NCBI GenBank assembly: GCA_964016885.1
Contig: OZ024740.1
Coordinates: 389,422,001-389,486,000 of the forward strand
Direction: 5' to 3'
Length of the DNA stretch: 64,000 nt
Origin: Eledone cirrhosa
Lineage: Eukaryota
The notes beneath the pieces are model-generated. The model did no database searches and was not told the origin of the DNA. It was given only the letters and a program-made list of their open reading frames with translations. The position numbers were made by a program, and so were the translations under genes. This document shows, one piece after another, positions 61,425-64,000 of the stretch. How positions within the stretch are numbered: position 1 is the first letter of the stretch; each line of letters opens with the position of its first letter.

Positions 61425-61580
61425 CCCCGGCATACCAAGTGGTTGAGAATTTCGCTTAGCTATCATGGGGTTCTCGGTTCAATCCCACTACGTGGCATCT
61501 TGTACAAGTGTTTTCACTATAGCCTCATGTCGATTCAAGACTTGTGAATGAATTTGAGTAGACGGAAACTAAACCAGTCG
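61425..61580 (+). mobile_element. tRNA-derived SINE (family with ggttcaatcccact.cgtggcaccttg..caagtgt); older copies at about 21405-21550 and 35820-35970
   Basis: B box GGTTCAATCCC and a body ending gtagacggaaact. Confidence 0.7.
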
Positions 61581-63454
61581 GTTGTAATTCAAATATTTGG
61601 CTTTGTCACGCCGATTCTACGTTGAATCTGTGGAACATACGTAATTCAGAGGTCGGATATTCAGATGATCAACGACTGAATGAATGTTCATAGTCGAAAT
61701 CGCTGCAGGATCCACCTACAGTTAAACAGGCTTTTGGATAAAATTATTAGACTACAACCTTGTATCGAGATCTCTATTTAAAATTACTTCACATATACAC
61801 ACGATTACATTGTGGGATATGAGAAACAAATTTATAACATTCCATAAAAAATAAACATTCAACTAATTTGAATAACTAATTATACTGTCTTTCCCCCATT
61901 CTCTCTTGTTACTAAATAAGTAACATGTTTTGAAGTTTAAAAACAAAAAGTTGAAAAATATTTAATGGAGTACATTGCCAGTCTAATCAAGCTACTAACG
62001 AACCTCAATGCGGTCGTTCAACAGGTTAGAAATATCAAAATTTAGCATACACTTAAATACGTGCGCATTACATAATGAAGTCCTACATAATATAGTCCCT
62101 AAAAAGATGGGGTGACCCTAGCAATAACACCGTTTACCATAACTTTGTTAATTATCCTGGTGTTAAACAACAACACTTCAACAAAACTGTTTTAATTACA
62201 CACTAAACAAAAAGTATAATTAAACATTTCTAGAGGAAACACGTCAGCTGCTTTTTCAAATCGTTGTTGAATGTAGAAAACCGGTTACGTTCTAACGCCC
62301 CAAATATACTAGGTCAGAAACGGAACGATAAACATTTTATCTCCGCCCAGGAGATGAGCTAAAAACGTGACCAGCTTACTACCAACAGACTGTTAAGGAG
62401 GGAAATTCAAATTTTTAACATGTTGACATTGTTGTCTAAACTAGTTTGAATGTTTATTTTTGTTATCACTCCTGGCTATGATAATTGAAACCAGATGTGA
62501 TTCTTTAATATATATACATTGTGTTTGAGAAAAAGGAGAGAAGAGGAGATATGAATGGTAATAAATGTATGACTCCAGATGAGATATAAAACGGTTGCTA
62601 GTATTTCTGCTTTCTAAATAAATAGCATGAAATTCGAACATGCCAGAGAGCGGTTTTAAAATATGAAAGTGTGGAATATGAATGACAAGTATTTGAATAT
62701 CAAACTTTAACATGCATACACCAATAAAGCAATTGGACAATAATTTTGTTTAAAGGGTCAGAAAGAATAATTTTTTTAACTTCTACAGAGGTCATTTGGA
62801 AAAGATGGGTAATTAGTATTATACATGAGCTCAATCCCAGAGTAGTATTCCTATTTATTCTAATGAAGTTTAAAGGAATAAAAAGAGAGTTAACCGTGCC
62901 CCGTTTCAGTGTCTCAGACTGGTAGGAGGAAGTTGTTCTCAGACAAGGCTCGAATGTCAGCATCAAAGTAAGGACAAAGTAATCTGGGTGACTGATACTA
63001 TCTTCACCTGTTTAATCTCCATTAAAAACATTGTTAGTTTTTTTTTTAACAGACCCTCACCTTCAGGAGCAATAAAACAGAAGTTACCGATAGAAGGCGT
63101 TTTGTTAACGGTATTTTTAACAAGTTTTTAGTTATACATTACATGTATATACAAAGTACTTCTAAGCGGCAATTCGACCCGTTAGAAATAGTAGCCAAAT
63201 CTTTAAATCACATCCAATGATTTTAAAAATGAAAATATATAAACAATATGGTCATAGGTATACAGAAAGACGGGATGGTCACAATTGGGGCACGTTTGAT
63301 AGGTGTGCTCAACCAGAGTATGTCTAGAGTTTAATAATCGACAACATGCTAACAGTTAAAATATCATAGGAAGGGGTACAAAAAATATGTACCAATAGGT
63401 TTAAGTCTTCCAGAATGTTTAAGTTAATTTTAATCTAAATAAAAAGATACCAAC

Positions 63455-64000
63455 CCAAACATTATTAGAATCTGCCATCTGTTCGTAGGCTTTTCGTAGT
63501 TGACAGACTGACGGATATATATTCTTTTCATCGTCGTTGGAAATATCGGATTCGGAATTGCAATCGGAGCCGACATGGGTTGTGATGGAATTTAAGTGCC
63601 TCGAGGGTGTCAGACAAGAATCATTACAATAACTGAGTGTGTAAAACACGGAAGAGCCATCGCTTAAATGTTGGGAGGGCGAATAACTAGTTATAGTTAA
63701 TGGTTTGATGTTGAGGTTTGCTCTATGGACTGGCGGATGTTGGACATAGTCAAAAATACGTTTAGGCTTTGTTGAAGAATTATTGGGTTTTGTTGAAAAG
63801 CAGACAATGCTGGAGCAAGATGTATCAAGAATATCTGTGATATCAGATTGAGAAGTGAATGATAGTGACCAGGAAGGGGTTTCAAAGTGTGCTAGACTAC
63901 CGGTTCGAATAGGTGAAGAGGCAACGGGGGTTAAAGAGCTCAAAACAGTGTTTTGTTCTGAGCTGTAATAGTCATTATCCTCGTAGAAACTATCATTTAA
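63455..64000 (-). CDS. Probable coding exon, Ser/Thr-rich, open to the window edge; candidate upstream or alternative anillin exon
   Basis: At least 194 codons without a stop (64000-63422) in AT-rich DNA; candidate donor TGG|gttggt at 63454 in phase 0; contains SVCQLRKAYEQ. Confidence 0.55.

Noticed and set aside
62738-62765. SDPLNKII resembling the anillin N-terminal MDPFTEKLL
   Set aside because: No adjacent ATG or splice donor; KII is already encoded by the 57523 exon; likely chance
63008-63022. ATG GAG ATT AAA CAG|gtgaag (MEIKQ) as the anillin first coding exon
   Set aside because: The phase fits, but there is no similarity to MDPFT and the donor is weak; cannot be supported without transcripts

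Overview
This is AT-rich, intron-containing animal genomic DNA. The repeat families look like those of a cephalopod, probably an octopus; that assignment is inference from recalled repeat sequences, not a search. Two multi-exon genes converge tail-to-tail. On the + strand is FBXO38/MoKA: 13 coding exons in 2212-26134 with consistent splice phases, 4404 nt including the stop, and the F-box-bearing 5' exon(s) upstream of the window. On the - strand is anillin: 18 coding exons in 57523-34375, 4008 nt including the stop, with the first coding exon unresolved. A Ser/Thr-rich open frame at 63455-64000 is a candidate unusual upstream anillin exon. Introns and the intergenic gap carry a 5'-truncated RTE-clade LINE with a PHD-like zinc finger, many RTE 3'-tail fragments, tRNA-headed SINEs, TTAA-flanked piggyBac-like MITEs, hAT MITEs, a Helitron end, a CR1 fragment and a ~1.9 kb 23-bp minisatellite. 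I found no prokaryotic system or CRISPR array. The most notable unexplained signals are: a tandem two-hairpin RNA module with compensatory stem changes in the RTE/SINE tail; a candidate 48-nt poison or UTR exon and a novel upstream exon in anillin; intronic inverted-repeat pairs that could be A-to-I editing substrates; and a minisatellite that appears to have arisen inside a MITE end.
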